Source of the DNA: Negaprion brevirostris
Lineage: Eukaryota
Length of the DNA: 64,000 nucleotides
Assembly (NCBI GenBank): GCA_030324005.1
Contig: JARDVH010000133.1
Coordinates: forward strand, 23,209,825 to 23,273,824
Reading direction: 5' to 3'
Positions 35,221-48,469 of this stretch are shown piece by piece. A program made the translations under genes and the position numbers. Below the pieces are notes generated by a model. It was not told the origin of the DNA, did no database searches, and was given only the letters and a program-made list of their open reading frames with translations. Numbering within the stretch: position 1 is the first letter of the stretch; every line of letters starts with the position of its first letter.

Positions 35221-38200
35221 GCGCTGAGAGGTCAAAATGAACTGAATGTTAGAGGGAGATTCAGGGTGAATCATGACTGATTAAGCTAAAATCATCTACT
35301 CTCAGAATTCTCTCAGATCAGGGGGAAAGCAGGGTTTCCCCAGAACCCTAAAAAGTCCTTGGGCTTCCTCAGCCCCCATTCTGAGCTAGTTGGAACTCCC
35401 AATCACCTGCAATGCTGAAGTCAACTCCAGCACCCTGCTGCTGCCTTTACTGAGAATAGTCAGCCTAGACTGGTATCAAATCCTTACTAGCTGGAACTAA
35501 AGAACAGGTATTGCTTTTATCCAGTTGCCTACTGAGATAGTGCTTTTTCCAACCAAGGTTCGCACCAAATCCAAGGGTTCCGCCAGCATCCCTAAAGGGC
35601 TCCATGTAATTTTTAAGTAATTTGAAAACTGTATCAATTTATTTGTACCAATTTTTAAAGATGTGTTCTTCTTCCATTTAAATGAAAAATAATTAAACTT
35701 TTGGCATTTTAATTCATTCACTGGTGCTTTACTTTGAAGTTTTGTTTTATTATATATGGAGGGAGGGATGATTAGAGTTCCAAAAAATTTCACAATATAT
35801 TTATAGGGTTTCTCAGCCAAGAAAAAGTTGAAAACTGTTGCATTCAGGAATGGTGCATCACTCCATATTTGGAAAAAAAGTACTGATTTTTTCTTTAGGT
35901 CTGACAGATTTGGTCCTCTATTTTAATTAACATAACGTCTCCCAAAATACTTTTGAAAACTAGAGTTCCAAAACTCCTGGGTTTAGGAGGGTATATTCTG
36001 GGCACAGAGGCCAGAATTCTGGTTAAGACCACCAGGTCCCCACTGCTTTTTCCTCAGAAAAATTCCCAAACAGGAAGGAGGAAGGCTCCATTTGCATTCA
36101 CTTCCTTCTCCACGAAGGAGGGACCTGCAGGATGCCATTACACGTCACAAATCTTGCCAATTCCATCCTACCTACACTCCGTTGAACGTAAACCTTTCAA
36201 AGAGTCAGCTCCAAAATCCCGGCCCACTATGAAGCAATGCCTGAGGGATAAGGCACCCTTACGTTTAGGTAAATTACTCCAGGAACATGGATAGAATAAA
36301 GATTTTGATCTAGCAGCAGGAAGTCTCACTCCTCCCAACTTGAAATTTCTTCTTCCCTCTCCATTTTTTTTAGTTTATTTCCCTCCCACACTCCTTCCTC
36401 CACATAATTATCAAATTGCCTCATCTCTCCTTTGTGTCAGTCTCAGGATTCGTGTCAAGGCCTCTGTAAATACCTGATATAAAATATACAAGTGGAATGA
36501 GTTGGCATTCCTTTAGGATCATGGGGAAAGGCTTTACGTTCGTTTATTATCCCTCCATGTATCCCAGCAGTACTTAAATACTCACCACATTGGAGGTGAA
36601 CACATGTCCTATCATCACACAAAACACAGCATCACCATCTAATTCACAATTTGCTTCTTCAAACTCATCATGAGGGCACATGTTGAAGGTGAAACTGTCG
36701 GGAAGTTGTGTGCATGTGGTTCTCACCCCTACCTTAAGTAAACATTTAAGTTATTTTGGATATCCTCCAATTGGAACCTGGATTTGTGGTTAAAAAAGTA
36801 TGATCCTCAGCAGTTTGAGAAAGGAACTGTGCTTACAGACTGTATTTTATTCCTCAGTGATGTAGTGAAACAACCTGCTAGAGGTCATAGATATATGCAA
36901 AGTATCATAAACTACACAAGCCTACAATTAATTTCCACCATCCCTCCTGCATTTAACTTTTTATATTTTTGGTTCAATAAGAAGCACTGATGGTACATTT
37001 AAGGAAAGGTGGCTTGCAGTAGGGTAGATAGACTTTGCAGAAGGTAAGCTTGCTGCAGAATTCAAGGCAACGAATGGTACTTTTCCATCAAAGTTACTTC
37101 AAAGTCAGGAAGTCCAAGTATGTTATCAGAGCCAAAAAGTATAGAAAAATGTGCAAAATCTTGTTGAGGTTGGCCAGAATCCATTTCCCCAGTGCACAGC
37201 ACTTTCTAAGAGCCAACAGGACAGACAGATGATGGGATATAGACTTAATCACACATCACCCCTTTCACACCCCTGAAATATGCTGCTGTGAAGAGATGGT
37301 TTATTGGAGGGAAGGCGTCTTCCCAAAGGAATGAAGGGGGAAAAGAAAATGCAAGAAAAATGTTAAGAAAGTCAAATGGGATATAGAAAACTGTGAGACC
37401 CCTGGAAGGGGGATATCCAGGAAAGTTTTGGCAATTAATAAATAAGCAACTGTAATCTTTTTATGGATTGTTTTATGAATTAGAGGACTCTGTCTAAAAA
37501 GACAAGGAGAAAATTACCCACAAAGACGTGACCAGACAAAGGGAGCAAGAACCTGGTACTATAGGCGTAAACCTGCTTAGTAAAGAAAGGGACATCAGAG
37601 ACTAACCACATCTTTATGGATATTTCAAAGGATTCACTAAATACAGGGAATCTGCCAAAGACCAGGGCAGAGATTCCCAAACAGTGGTTCACAACCCATA
37701 AGACAAGACTTTGGTGTCGCGAGCTCCAAAGCAGCATTGGCTGCTCACTACCACCCTCCTCCGAGCAGCTGTCGACTACTCTTCCTCCTCACTCGATACC
37801 TCCACTAAAGTTTTCTCTCTGAGATCATGCATGGGGCCAAACTGGGAAAGAGCACTGGAGTAGAGCGTCCAATCTGGCACCAATTTATATCAATGGACGG
37901 AAGGGTAGCCCAGGGATCTATAAACTTGAGTTTGACATTCATAGTCAGGAAGTAACAGAATATTTGAAATGGAAGAAAAGTGAAAAAAAAAATGAATTCA
38001 TGCCATTGGGTTTTTTTGAATATGTAATCATGTTAGCTCAGTAGAAAGTCTGTAAATTTCATATACCTCGCCTTTAGGAAGGACTTTGACGTACGACCAT
38101 ACAGAAAATTACAACATAGAAAGACATGAAATAGACTTAAGCTTTTAAAGCAGATAACCAATTAGCTGTGTTAAACGATGCAAAGGACAGTTATTAAGGG

Positions 38201-38249
38201 AATAGCAACTACATGGAAACAGGGTGTCAGAGTACCACAAGTATCAATG

Positions 38250-38510
38250 TCACAGAATCATACAGTGCAGAAGACGCCCTTCGGCCCATTCAGTCTACAC
38301 CAACACGTGAGAAATTTCCCACCTAATCCCATTTACCAGCACTTGGCCCATAGCCCTGAACGATATGACATGCCAAATGCACATCCACATGCTTTTTAAA
38401 GGATGTGAGGCAACCCACCTCCACCACTCTCCTAGGCAGATTGTCACCACCCTCTGGGTAAAAAAGCTTTTCCTCATATCCTCCCCTAAACCTCCTGCCC
38501 TTCACCTGTC
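38250..38510 (-). mobile_element. CR1 3' end
   Basis: GRRFRG..RKSFFTQRVV; ACAGAATCATACAGTGCAGAAGACGCCCTTCGGCCC. Confidence 0.8.
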
Positions 38511-38729
38511 CAGAAACGCTATGTTTGAATGCAGTAATAAACTTGCAACAGGGAGAGTAACAAAGCTCTTCACTTTTGACTAGTATCAATTTGGGATCCA
38601 TTATAAATAGCAGTAAAAATCTGCACCAGTAGCAGAGAACATTAGAACACAGGAAATAGAAGTAGACCGATCAGCCCTGCTCCACTGCAATAATGGCTAA
38701 TCTTCTAACACATCTCCACTTTCCAGGGT

Positions 38730-39348
38730 TGAGAGCTTCAGGTTTCTAGGTTTCCAGATCACCAACAACCTTCTCTCACGTTGACGCTATAGTTAAGAAA
38801 ACCCACCAACTTCTCCACTTTCTCACGAGGGAAAGGAAATTCAACATGTCCGCTACGATTCACACCAACTTTTACAGATGTATCACAACTTGGTATGGTC
38901 CTGCTCTGTCCAAGACCACAATAAACTACAAAGGGTCGTGAACAAAGTCCTGTCCATCATTCAAACCAGTCTCCCATTCACTGACATTGTCTACACTTCC
39001 TGCTGCCTCGGAAAAGCAGCCAGCATAATCAAGGACCCCATGCACCCCTGACATACTCTCTTCTACCTTCTTCCGTCAGGAAAAAAATACAAAAGTCTGA
39101 GATCACGTACCAGCCAACTCAAAAAACTGCTTCCTCTCTGCTGCCATCAGACTTTTGAATGGACCTACTAGATATAACGTTGATCTTTCTCTCAACCCTA
39201 GCTATGACTGTAACACTACATTCTGCATCCTCTCCTTTCCTTCTCCCTTGTGTACTTTATGAACAGTATACTTTGTAAAGCATGCAAGATACAGTACTTT
39301 TCACTGCATACTAATACATAGTGACAACAAATCAAATCAAATCAAATC
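38730..39348 (+). mobile_element. Rex1/Babar LINE 3' portion nested in CR1
   Basis: FRFLG.QITNNL and IIKDP.HP.HTLF.LLPSGK.YKSLRSRT; (CAAAT)n tail. Confidence 0.8.
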
Positions 39349-39969
39349 TGGTCTGCTCTCCAGATCTTCAGGTTCCTGAAAATCAAAAACCTATCAATCT
39401 CAGTCAGTCTTGAATATACTCAACAGTGGAAAACAATTCCAAAGATTCACAACCCTCAGAATGAAAAAAATTCTTCTCCCCTCAGCCGCAAACAATTAGT
39501 CCCTTATCTTGATGCTATTCCCCTCATGTGCTAGATCTCCCAGTTGGGAAAAGTGACTTCTGTGTCAAAACCTTTCAAACCCCTTCAGGATCTTGTATGT
39601 TTCAATCACCTTGCCTTCCACTAAACTTCAGAGAGTACAGATGTAATTTACTCAGCCTCTCATCACTAGACAAGCTGCTCATCCCAAGGACCAATCTAAT
39701 GAATCTTTGCTGTACTATCCATAAAGTATAATCCTTCCTTAGACATGGAGACCAGAACTGCACACAGTATTCGAAGTGTGACCTCACCAAAACTCTATAC
39801 AATTGTAGCAAGACTTGCTTATTCTCGAACTCCAACCCCTTGCAATAAAGCCCAACAAACCATTTGCTTGCTAACTTTGTGTTTGTGTACAAATATACCC
39901 AAGTCCCTCTCAACTTCAACATCTCGCATCTTTTAAGAAATATTCTGCTTTATTATTCTTACAAGCAAG

Positions 39970-40405
39970 CAGGGACTCTGATGGTTGGATCATGTGAGCT
40001 GAATGGATGACAGCCCTATCCCAAAGACATGCTTCATGGTGAGCTTACTATTGGCATGAGACCAACAGATCACCCACATCCTGAAGTAAAACCTCAAGGT
40101 GCCCAGGATCAGTGTTGATGCATGGAAAGTCCTTGCTGCTGACTGCAGTGCCTAGACACTAGCAGTCTGGAAGGGCATGGAAAAGGCAGAGGGCAAAAGA
40201 ATTGACCAGATGACAGAAGAGGAAGCCAGGCAAAGGTAAAAAAAAATCCACTGATCTTAGGATAATACTGTTCATTTGCGCCAGCTGGGGAAGGGACTGC
40301 CATTTGTGAATTGGCCTCTAATGCCACAGACCATATTCAGTGCAGAAATGATATACACCCTGGGTGCAGTCCATCATCTCTCGAGACAAATGGATTCCAA
40401 AGAAG
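39970..40405 (+). mobile_element. RTE-clade LINE 3' end
   Basis: WL.HVS.MDDS.IPKDML.GEL..G.RP...P. Confidence 0.65.
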
Positions 40406-41169
40406 ATTACCAAGGTGAATAACCTCTCACTCCCTCACATTATACTCTATCTAGTTGTCTATCCACTTAACGTGTCTGTATCTGTTTGCAGCCCTTCTCT
40501 GTATTCTTTCTAGCTGGCAGTCCCACCCAACTTTATCATCTGCAGATTTGAATACATTACTCTCAGTCTTCATTCATCCAAATCATCAATATATATTTTA
40601 GCAGCACGCCACCAGTTTAAATCCTGCCAATGTGAAAATGTCCTGTTTATCCCTCCTTTCTGCTTCCTATCTGTTAACTAATCCTCCAACCATGCTAATA
40701 TATTACCCCAACTCCATGAGCCCTTATCTTTTGTATTAACCTTTTGTGAGGCATCTTATGAAAATAAGATAACTAAATCCTCTAGAAATCCAAGCATACT
40801 ACCTCTACCATTTCCCTTTTATCTATTCTGTCAGTTACATCCAGAACTCTTAATAAAAATTGTAAAACACAATTCCATTTCTGTAAAACCATGTTGACTT
40901 TGCTTGATACTACCATATTTTAAGTGAATTTTTAAGACTTTGTGAATAATAAATTCCAGCCTTTTCCCAATGACTGGTGTCAGCCACCTGACCTGTGGCT
41001 CTTTGTATTCTCTATTCTTCCTTCCTTGTGCAGCAGTTATCTTTGCTAATTCCCAATTTGCTGGGACCATTCTAGAACCTAGGGAATTTTGGAAAATCAT
41101 TACCGGTGTATCCACTATGTCTGCAACCACCTATTTAGAACTCTTGGATGTAGGTGAAGAGGAATGTGG

Positions 41170-42340
41170 AGTGGGTGGGAAAATTTGCCACAGGGGTGAG
41201 CGATATCATTTAACGCAGAGAAATACAGAGTCATAAAAGTAGGGAATTGAAACAAACAGAGGGCAAACCAAATGAATGAGACAACACAGCAGCGCGATCT
41301 TGGGATTTTAGTAGAAAGCATCCTGAAATCATCAGCACCATGTGTATTGCTGGCAAAATAAATAGGAGCTTAGGATATCTAGCTTGAAAGATTAAGCACA
41401 AATCTCAGGATGTGACAGCTGTGAAGAGCACTGATCTGCCCTACCAAGAGTAATATAGGCAGGTTGGGCATCATTATAGAGAGGAAAACACCTCATCTTG
41501 GAGCATTACATTAAAGGGCAACTATAGTGATAAATGAAATGCAGTGTCTAAGCTTTAAGGAAAGCTTAATTTATTAGTTGGTTTTATTTAGTAGACTTAC
41601 ACTGACACTGCAATGAATTTACTCCCCTAGTCGCCATACTCTGCATCTGTTCTAGTACACTGAAGGAGAATTTAGTATGGCCAATGCAGCTAATCAACAC
41701 ATCTTTCAGACAGTGGAAGGAAGCCAGAGCGCCTGGAGGAAACCCACGCAGATGCGTGGAGAACGTGCAGACTCCGCACAGACAATGATCTAAGCTGGGA
41801 ATCAAACCCAGGTCCCTGGTGCTGTGAGACAGCAGTGCTAACCACTATGCCACCCTGCCAACCCACAGTGTCTGAAAGTACTAGGAATGCTTATGTTAGG
41901 GAGAAAAAGGTAGTTCAGAGGTGGTCTTACTGGACTACTTAAGATCATGAAAGGAATAGATGCAGATGGTGATGAGAAACATAAACACCTGCCTGTACTC
42001 CCAAGGGTAGAGAATGTTAAGGAAGGATTTAACCAAGAAGGAGTTTTGAAGAAAAAGGGGAAGGTTACCAGACAGGTTAGTAATCAAAGGACACAGATTT
42101 TAAAAAACTGGCAGAAAAGGGGGGAGACAGGAAAGTTACTTTTATTTAGTAAATCATAAAATGGAGAGCATTGCCTGAAAAGGATGATAGAAGTTGACTC
42201 TACAGTAATGGACCTGGAAAAGAAATGTTAAGGCTACGGAGAATGAGCAGAATGACTAATTGGATTGTGCTTTCAAAAAGTTGGCACAAGCCTAATGGGC
42301 CAAATGGCCTGCTGTGCCATAAGGTTCTATGATGATTCTA
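41170..42340 (+). mobile_element. Old CR1 3' region with a nested SINE
   Basis: RDLGILV remnant; tail GGGCCAAATGGCCTG...GTTCTATGATGATTCT. Confidence 0.55.
41583..41860 (-). mobile_element. V-SINE, tail type B
   Basis: Head, V-domain and tail all recognisable. Confidence 0.85.
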
Positions 42341-42667
42341 AAAGTATTGTTGCCTCATGTAGAAGCTATCTCATGGTTATTTATAAAATTGTGTAGAATA
42401 ATTCGCACTGAACTGGTTTCATGCTGTAATGTTACTCTGTAGTGAATTCAGGATTATTTTTACACACTTTTCAAAGAGTATTAATCCAGTATATTGGTCT
42501 AATTGTTGGCAATACGTGCCCTTATGTGTTTATCTCATCTCTTAGCTTCTGAATGAACAGCAGCAATTTATTGAAACTTAAGGTCTACTTTCCCCACACA
42601 CACAAGAGCCATTGAAAAGCAGTCTGAAAATCTGCTGCACAACTCTGACCCATATTTTATAGTTAAA

Positions 42668-43121
42668 AAGTCTTACAACACCAGGTTAAAGTCCAACAAG
42701 TTTTTTTGGCAGCACTAGCTTTCAGAGTCCCAAGCTCCTTCCTCAGGTGAATGAGGAATTGTGTTCACAAACAGGACATATAAAGACACAAACTTAATTT
42801 ACAAGACAATGGTTGGAATGCGAGTTTTTACAGGTAATCAAGTCTTAAAGGTACAGACAATCTGAGTGGAGACAATGTAAGTACATTGTCTGTACCTTTT
42901 AAGACTTGATTACCTGTAAAGACTCACATTCCAACCATTATCTTGTAAACTAAGTTTTGTGTCTTTACATGCCCTGTTTGTGAACACAATTCCTCACTCA
43001 CCTGAGGAAGGAGCTTGGGGTTCCGAAAGCTGGTGCTGCCAAATAAACCTGCTGAACTTTAACCTGGTGTTGAGAGACTTCTTACTGTGCTTATTCCAGT
43101 CCAACGCCAGCATCTCCACAC
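42668..43121. mobile_element. Penelope-like inverted pseudo-LTR pair (about 195-bp fold-back)
   Basis: Arms 42668-42861 and 42885-43080 are near-perfect reverse complements; unique 3' tail at 43081-43121. Confidence 0.85.
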
Positions 43122-43189
43122 CAAATTTCATAGTCAGGAATTAGGACACAGTCAGGACCATTTCTACTAAAAAAAATTAGAAAACCAGA

Positions 43190-43990
43190 AAAATCCATTC
43201 ATGCCTGCATTACCTCTAGACTTTGCGAACACTACACTCCTTGCTGTTCTCCCACATTGTACCCTGGGTAAAACCTGAGGTCATCCAAACCTCTGCACCT
43301 TGCGCCAACTCATACCAAGGCACATTCACCTATTATATTGGTTCCTAATGAAGCAACGACTTCACTTTAAGACTTTCAATCTTGTTTTCAAATCTCTGCA
43401 TAGTCACACCCCTCCCTATCTCTAGAACCTGTTTCACCACCACCACCACAACCCTCCAAAATATAACAAAGGTAAAATTGCCATAGTCCCAGATGGCCAT
43501 AGGCTGCTCTCCCCTTTGAGCTGCAGAGCTGACTGGTGGTGATTTAACCTGAGGATCACCACATCTCAGGGGAGGAGCAAGGTTGAGTAGGCGGGGCCTT
43601 CACGAATAATCTCAGCCAGTACGGGAATTGACGCCATGCTGTTGGCATCGCTCTGCATCACTAACCGGCCAACTGAGCTAACTGACTCCCAAAGTTTATG
43701 CGCTCCTCTAAATCTTGCCTCTTGAGGACGCCTGCTTTTAATCATTCAACCATTGTATCAGGAACTACTAAGCGCCTAAGCTCTGAAACGTCCTCCCTGC
43801 ACAATTCCACCTTTCTACCTCACTTTCCGCCTTTAAGATGCTTAAAACCTACCTTTTTATCCAAGGCTCTGGTAATCTGGTAAGATCTCTTTTTGTGCTC
43901 AGTATCATATTTTGTTTTATATTGCTCCTGTGAAGTGTCTTGGGACATCTCATTATGCTAATAGGTACTATACAAGTATATATATTGTGG
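43190..43990 (+). mobile_element. L2 LINE 3' portion split by a tRNA-derived SINE (43465-43690, minus strand)
   Basis: IHA.ITSRL and ..FK.F.LVFKSLH...PPYL..L remnants; SINE head on the minus strand GGGAGTCAGTTAGCTCAGTTGGCCGG. Confidence 0.65.
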
Positions 43991-44079
43991 TTGGCTAAAG
44001 TCCTTTCTATAAGAAACCCAACAAAAAACATGAAACTGAATCGTAGGTATGGCGGCAATATAAACGTTCCAATTATCAC

Positions 44080-44815
44080 ACAGGGAGCAGGGTTAAGTCA
44101 GTTGGCTCTTCGAGTTTGCTCTGCTATTTGGTAAGATCCCCCTGGTCTCTATTCCACTTTCCTGTCTGCCTCCCATCCCCCTAACCCTTGACTCCTTTAT
44201 CCATCAAAATCTAGAAAACTCAGCCTCCACTGTTTTCTAGGGAACGAAACAACCCTGGTAGGGAAAGAAATCCTCATCTCTGCCTAAAAAAGGAGACAGC
44301 AAGTTTACAAATGGAATTAAATTCCAGCCACCCACCGATTCCATCACCAAACAAAACACAGGTATCCTGCATCTGTAGTCATATAGATATACAGCACGGA
44401 AACAGGTTATTTGGTCCACCTTGTCCATACCAACCAGGTTTCCTAAACTGAACTAGTCCCAGTTGCCTGTGTTTGCCGCATAGCCTTCAAACGTTTCCTA
44501 TGCACCTGTCCAAATTCTTTTAACAGGCACCACCCTCGATATGAAAAAGTTGCCCCTCAGGTCCTTTTCAAATTTTTTCCTCCTTACCTTAAACCTATGC
44601 CCTCTACTTTAGGACTTCCCTACCTGGGGAAAAGACCTTGGCTGTTCACCTTATCTATGCCCGTTATGATTTTATAAACCTCTATAAGGTCATCTCTCAT
44701 CCTCTTACACTCCAGGGGAAAAAACTCCTTATAATTCAAACGTTCCAGTCCCAGTAACAGTCTTGTAAATCTTTTTTGCACCCTTTCCAGTTTATGAACA
44801 TCCTTCCTATAGCAG
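44080..44815 (-). mobile_element. Two CR1 3' ends (44080-44290 and 44378-44815)
   Basis: Antisense R.DLIEVYKI..GIDKVNSQGLFP.VG.S.SRGHRFKVR. Confidence 0.8.
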
Positions 44816-44911
44816 GTAAATAACTCTCAGGAATTTTGTGAGATTATGTTCGACCACAACGTGTTTCTAAATTATAATGCAAACTTTAGGCATTAAAGCG
44901 ATTTTACTTAC

Positions 44912-46117
44912 TTCTTCCAGTGTATCAGGAGGTGGTGTAGGTTCAGCCGTTTCCTTGCTTGCTTCACAGCTCTCTGCTTTAACTGCAGGAGTCCTACCAT
45001 CTGAAGATGTGGAAAATCTACTCATCTGACTAGACTGGTCAACAGGCGTCATACTGGCCTCTGATGCTGACCGAGAGGTTTGATTCTGTTGAGCAGTTTC
45101 AAAAATAGGATCCTCATCATCTGAATCTGGGAGAGGAGTTGGACTAACATCCTCTAGACCCGTGCTGGAAGGACGGGACGACGGAGTAGGACCTCGCTGA
45201 AGCGAGTGGGTATTTGACCCAGGAAGCGGTAATGGCGAAAGCTGGGAGGAAGAAGAGGATATGGGACTGTGCTCCATTTTAACGTCAACATCAGATTCTT
45301 GGTCGAAGAAAGGAAGCTTTGTCCGCTGCTCCTTCAGCAACATCTCAATACGGGAGTCTAAACTGTTGGGTTGTGTCGAACTACTTGGCGTTTCAGACGT
45401 TGGGGCCTCAGGAGTGGCAGCCCTTTCAGGAGATTTGCTAACAGGCGTTTTATCGTTTGAGACATTACCCTCCGAAGAAACTGGATCTTCTGCCTTCTCC
45501 TTTACAGGCACAGTGTCCAAATTGGTATTGTTATGCCCAAAAGTTTCAGCTGGTGGCACAGGTCTTCTGTAGTCATGATCTCTGGATGTCTGACCATGTT
45601 GTTGATCCAGAGTGCGGGAATACAGGGGTTGGGCAGAATGCACATTTTGGTATGGTGAGAAGGCTGACTGGTAGCTTATCCCAGATTGGCTTGCTGAAGG
45701 ATTATGTGAATACGAGCCACTCTCTGAGCGAGCCGACTTGTAAGCGTTGACTGATAGCTCAGGAGCTCTGTAAGATCCGGTGTTGTGAGAGTAATGGTGC
45801 CCCAACCTCCTGAAGGAATCTTGATAATTAGATTCGGGTCTTCTGGATTTGTACCCAGATTCTTGGGAGTAAGAATAAGCTGGCGTGCTCTGTCGACTGG
45901 AATAGCTGGAATCTTGCGAGTAGGGGGTTCCCAACCTTGGTGTATGTGGCGTGCCTTGGGAGGACTGTGGCGTATATTGGCTATAGGAATTTGGTGTATC
46001 CTGGCGACAACTGGAATAAGCAGTATCATGGGAAAATGGGGTACTACTATTAGGGGTTACAGATGGTCCCATGGATAGGTAATTTTCACCCGTTCTACAT
46101 TTCAGTGGATCATTCAC
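44912..46117 (-). CDS. SETD1B: SETD1B large Ser/Pro-rich exon (1206 nt, 402 codons), VNDPLK...PDTLEE
   Basis: CCGCAG acceptor, GAA|GTAAGT donor; conserved blocks SVTPNS, TPRLGTP.SQDSSYSSRQ, SLDSRIEMLLKEQRTKL, SPISSSSSQLSPL, SSRPSSTGLED.SPTPLPDSD. Confidence 0.96.
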
Positions 46118-46202
46118 CTGCGGCAAAAGGTGGGAGGAGAAAAAGGATAAAAGTTTTAGGCAAAATGAAAATGTATGCATGCACATAATTTTCTAGACTA
46201 TT

Positions 46203-46541
46203 CACAGAACCCCTACAGTGCAGGAGGAAGCTATTCAGCCCATTTGAGTTTGCATCAACTCTCCAACACAGCATGCCACGTAGACCCCAATCCCATATCC
46301 CAATAAACCCACCTATTTATCCTGCCAATCCCCTTTACTTACACATCTTTGGATAGTAAAGGGACAATAGAACATGCCAATCCATCTAACCTGCACATCT
46401 TTAGACTGTGGAAGGAGACTGGAGCATTTGGAGGAAACCCACGCAGACAGGGGGAGAATGTGCAGACTCCACACAGTCAACCAAAATGGAACCCAATGCC
46501 TGGCGTTGTGAGGTAACAGTGGTAACCACTGTGCCACCATT
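46203..46541 (-). mobile_element. HE1-type V-SINE, type A tail, 86 bp upstream of the large exon
   Basis: ACAGAACCCCTACAGTGCAGGAGGAAGCTATTCAGCCC...AACCACTGTGCCACCAT. Confidence 0.85.
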
Positions 46542-47422
46542 CATAGTTTTCAAACAATGAACTCTTAATACTATTGGATGCCAGAACAGAAGTAAACGTG
46601 ATTAAATCAACTAATCTTTCTGCAAAAAGGGAAGAAGTCTTACAAGTATTCATTTATAGCCTCCTCCAAATTCAATCTGTAATTAGGCTTGTGGCTCTGC
46701 TGTGAAATTAGCTGACTCAGTTAATCAGCTTCATTACCACAGCCTGATTCAGCTACAACTACTTCACAGCTGGCCCTTAGAAGATGCACAGCTAATTGTA
46801 TTGACACATCTTCTGATGTCCTGTTCCTGTGGATGGAATGTCTAAATGTTCAGTCAGCACCTCAGACAAATAGGGGCAAAACGAAGCAGAGAGAACTAAA
46901 GACCTATCCTTCCACCATGCAATATGGCAGCATACTAATGTGCAGCATCATTGTGACTGGCTTGAAGTACTTCCGTTTCCCATTGATTCTTCTGGTAATT
47001 CCTGCCATGTTTGCAGCCCACTGCTGCATGCGCATTGCCCAGACCTACACCATTTACAGCTTTGCTGCTGGACATTATAATGGACATGAAACAAGCTTAA
47101 AGGCCCACTCCTATCCCTGTTCAGCAACCTTGGCTTCCCCACTGCTCATCTGCCCCTGTCCAAATTAGCCCAGCTGATATCAGAGATCTCTAATGCAGAA
47201 AATCACAAATACAAACCCATGCTTAACAACTGCATTGTGTGTGAAAGTATACTTTCAATTATTTGCTTCTAAACAATATGAACAAAGAGTGCTATGTTGT
47301 TTGCCAACTTTGTAATTAAACAGTCAATGTATGAATTAGTCCAATAGAATAACATGACTTAAAAAGGAAATTAATGGAATGGTATGAAATGGATTGCAAA
47401 AATCAAAATTTAAACAAGTTTC

Positions 47423-47715
47423 AAAGTTTATTTATGAGTATTACAAGTAGGCTTACATTAACACTGCAACTAAGTTACTGTAAAAATCCCCTAGTCACCA
47501 CACTCTGGCATCTGTTCGGGTACACAAAGAGAATTTGGCGTGGCCAATGCACCTAACCAGCACAAGTTTTGGACTGTGGGCACCCGGAAGAAACCCACGC
47601 AAACATGGGGAGAACATGCAGACTCCATACAGACAGTGACCCAAATCGGGGATCGAACCCGTGTCCCTTGCACTGTGTGACAACAGTGCTAACGACTGTG
47701 CCACCATGCTGCCCA
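47423..47715 (-). mobile_element. V-SINE, tail type B
   Basis: Complete copy ending GTGCCACCATGCTGCCC. Confidence 0.88.
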
Positions 47716-48469
47716 CTTTTCTTCACTGTGTATTTTTAGATTTGAACATAACCCAAACAGAAAAGAAATTACAGCTGAAAAAAGATCAACTTAATTAAAT
47801 TTCTACAAAGGTTCAGTGGCATGTTTCTTCAAATTGAAACATGAATGATTGTATTATTCAATTTTAAAGATAAAGTGTTAAGTTCTGTTGCTGTATAATG
47901 ATAGAAGTTAACTTTATTCAAAAAGAAATTGGCTGGAAAATACATTTTAAAACGCTACTTCAGCTCCATCTAAGGCAAAAGCCCCAGAAATGAATATTTG
48001 ATAATTGATATTAAAGATCAAAACTTGTCTATGCACCTCATTACATTCACTGAATAATTAATCCAATCCCTGTTAACTGACGTTTTGGACTCGGATTACT
48101 AATTTACTTGCCCAGGTTATGTACATCAACTCTTCAAAAATATTGATATTTATTTCACAGATTTGTTTATAATGGAAATAAGCACTCCAAGCTACCAATG
48201 CCAGAAGACTGCCCATAGCAATAAAGCAACAAGTGAACTATTCTTTTAATCTCTCCCTGAAAAACAAGTTATTCAAAGCAATAATGAAACTAGTTTAATT
48301 TATAAATTCCTAGTTTAGGTTTTAAATATCCTCCCACCACCAGTTCTTCTTTCCCTTTTTCACTGATACTTGAAGAAGCAGCAGCATCCACTTTCTCATT
48401 GCAGAGATGTTTCTCAAAAGTGTCAGCAAATAATGAGTTTTGACTAAGTTATTTGATCATGAGAATTAT

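Larger units (their letters stand above)
38635..41150 (-). mobile_element. CR1 LINE interrupted by Rex1 (38730) and RTE (39970)
   Basis: GLEF.NK.VLLQLYR.LVR.H.EYCVQFWSP.LRKD and IFQNSL.S..VP.NW..A motifs. Confidence 0.8.

Noticed and set aside
45261-46078. Antisense and alternative-frame ORFs over the large exon
   Set aside because: Shadow ORFs expected from Ser/Pro-rich codon usage
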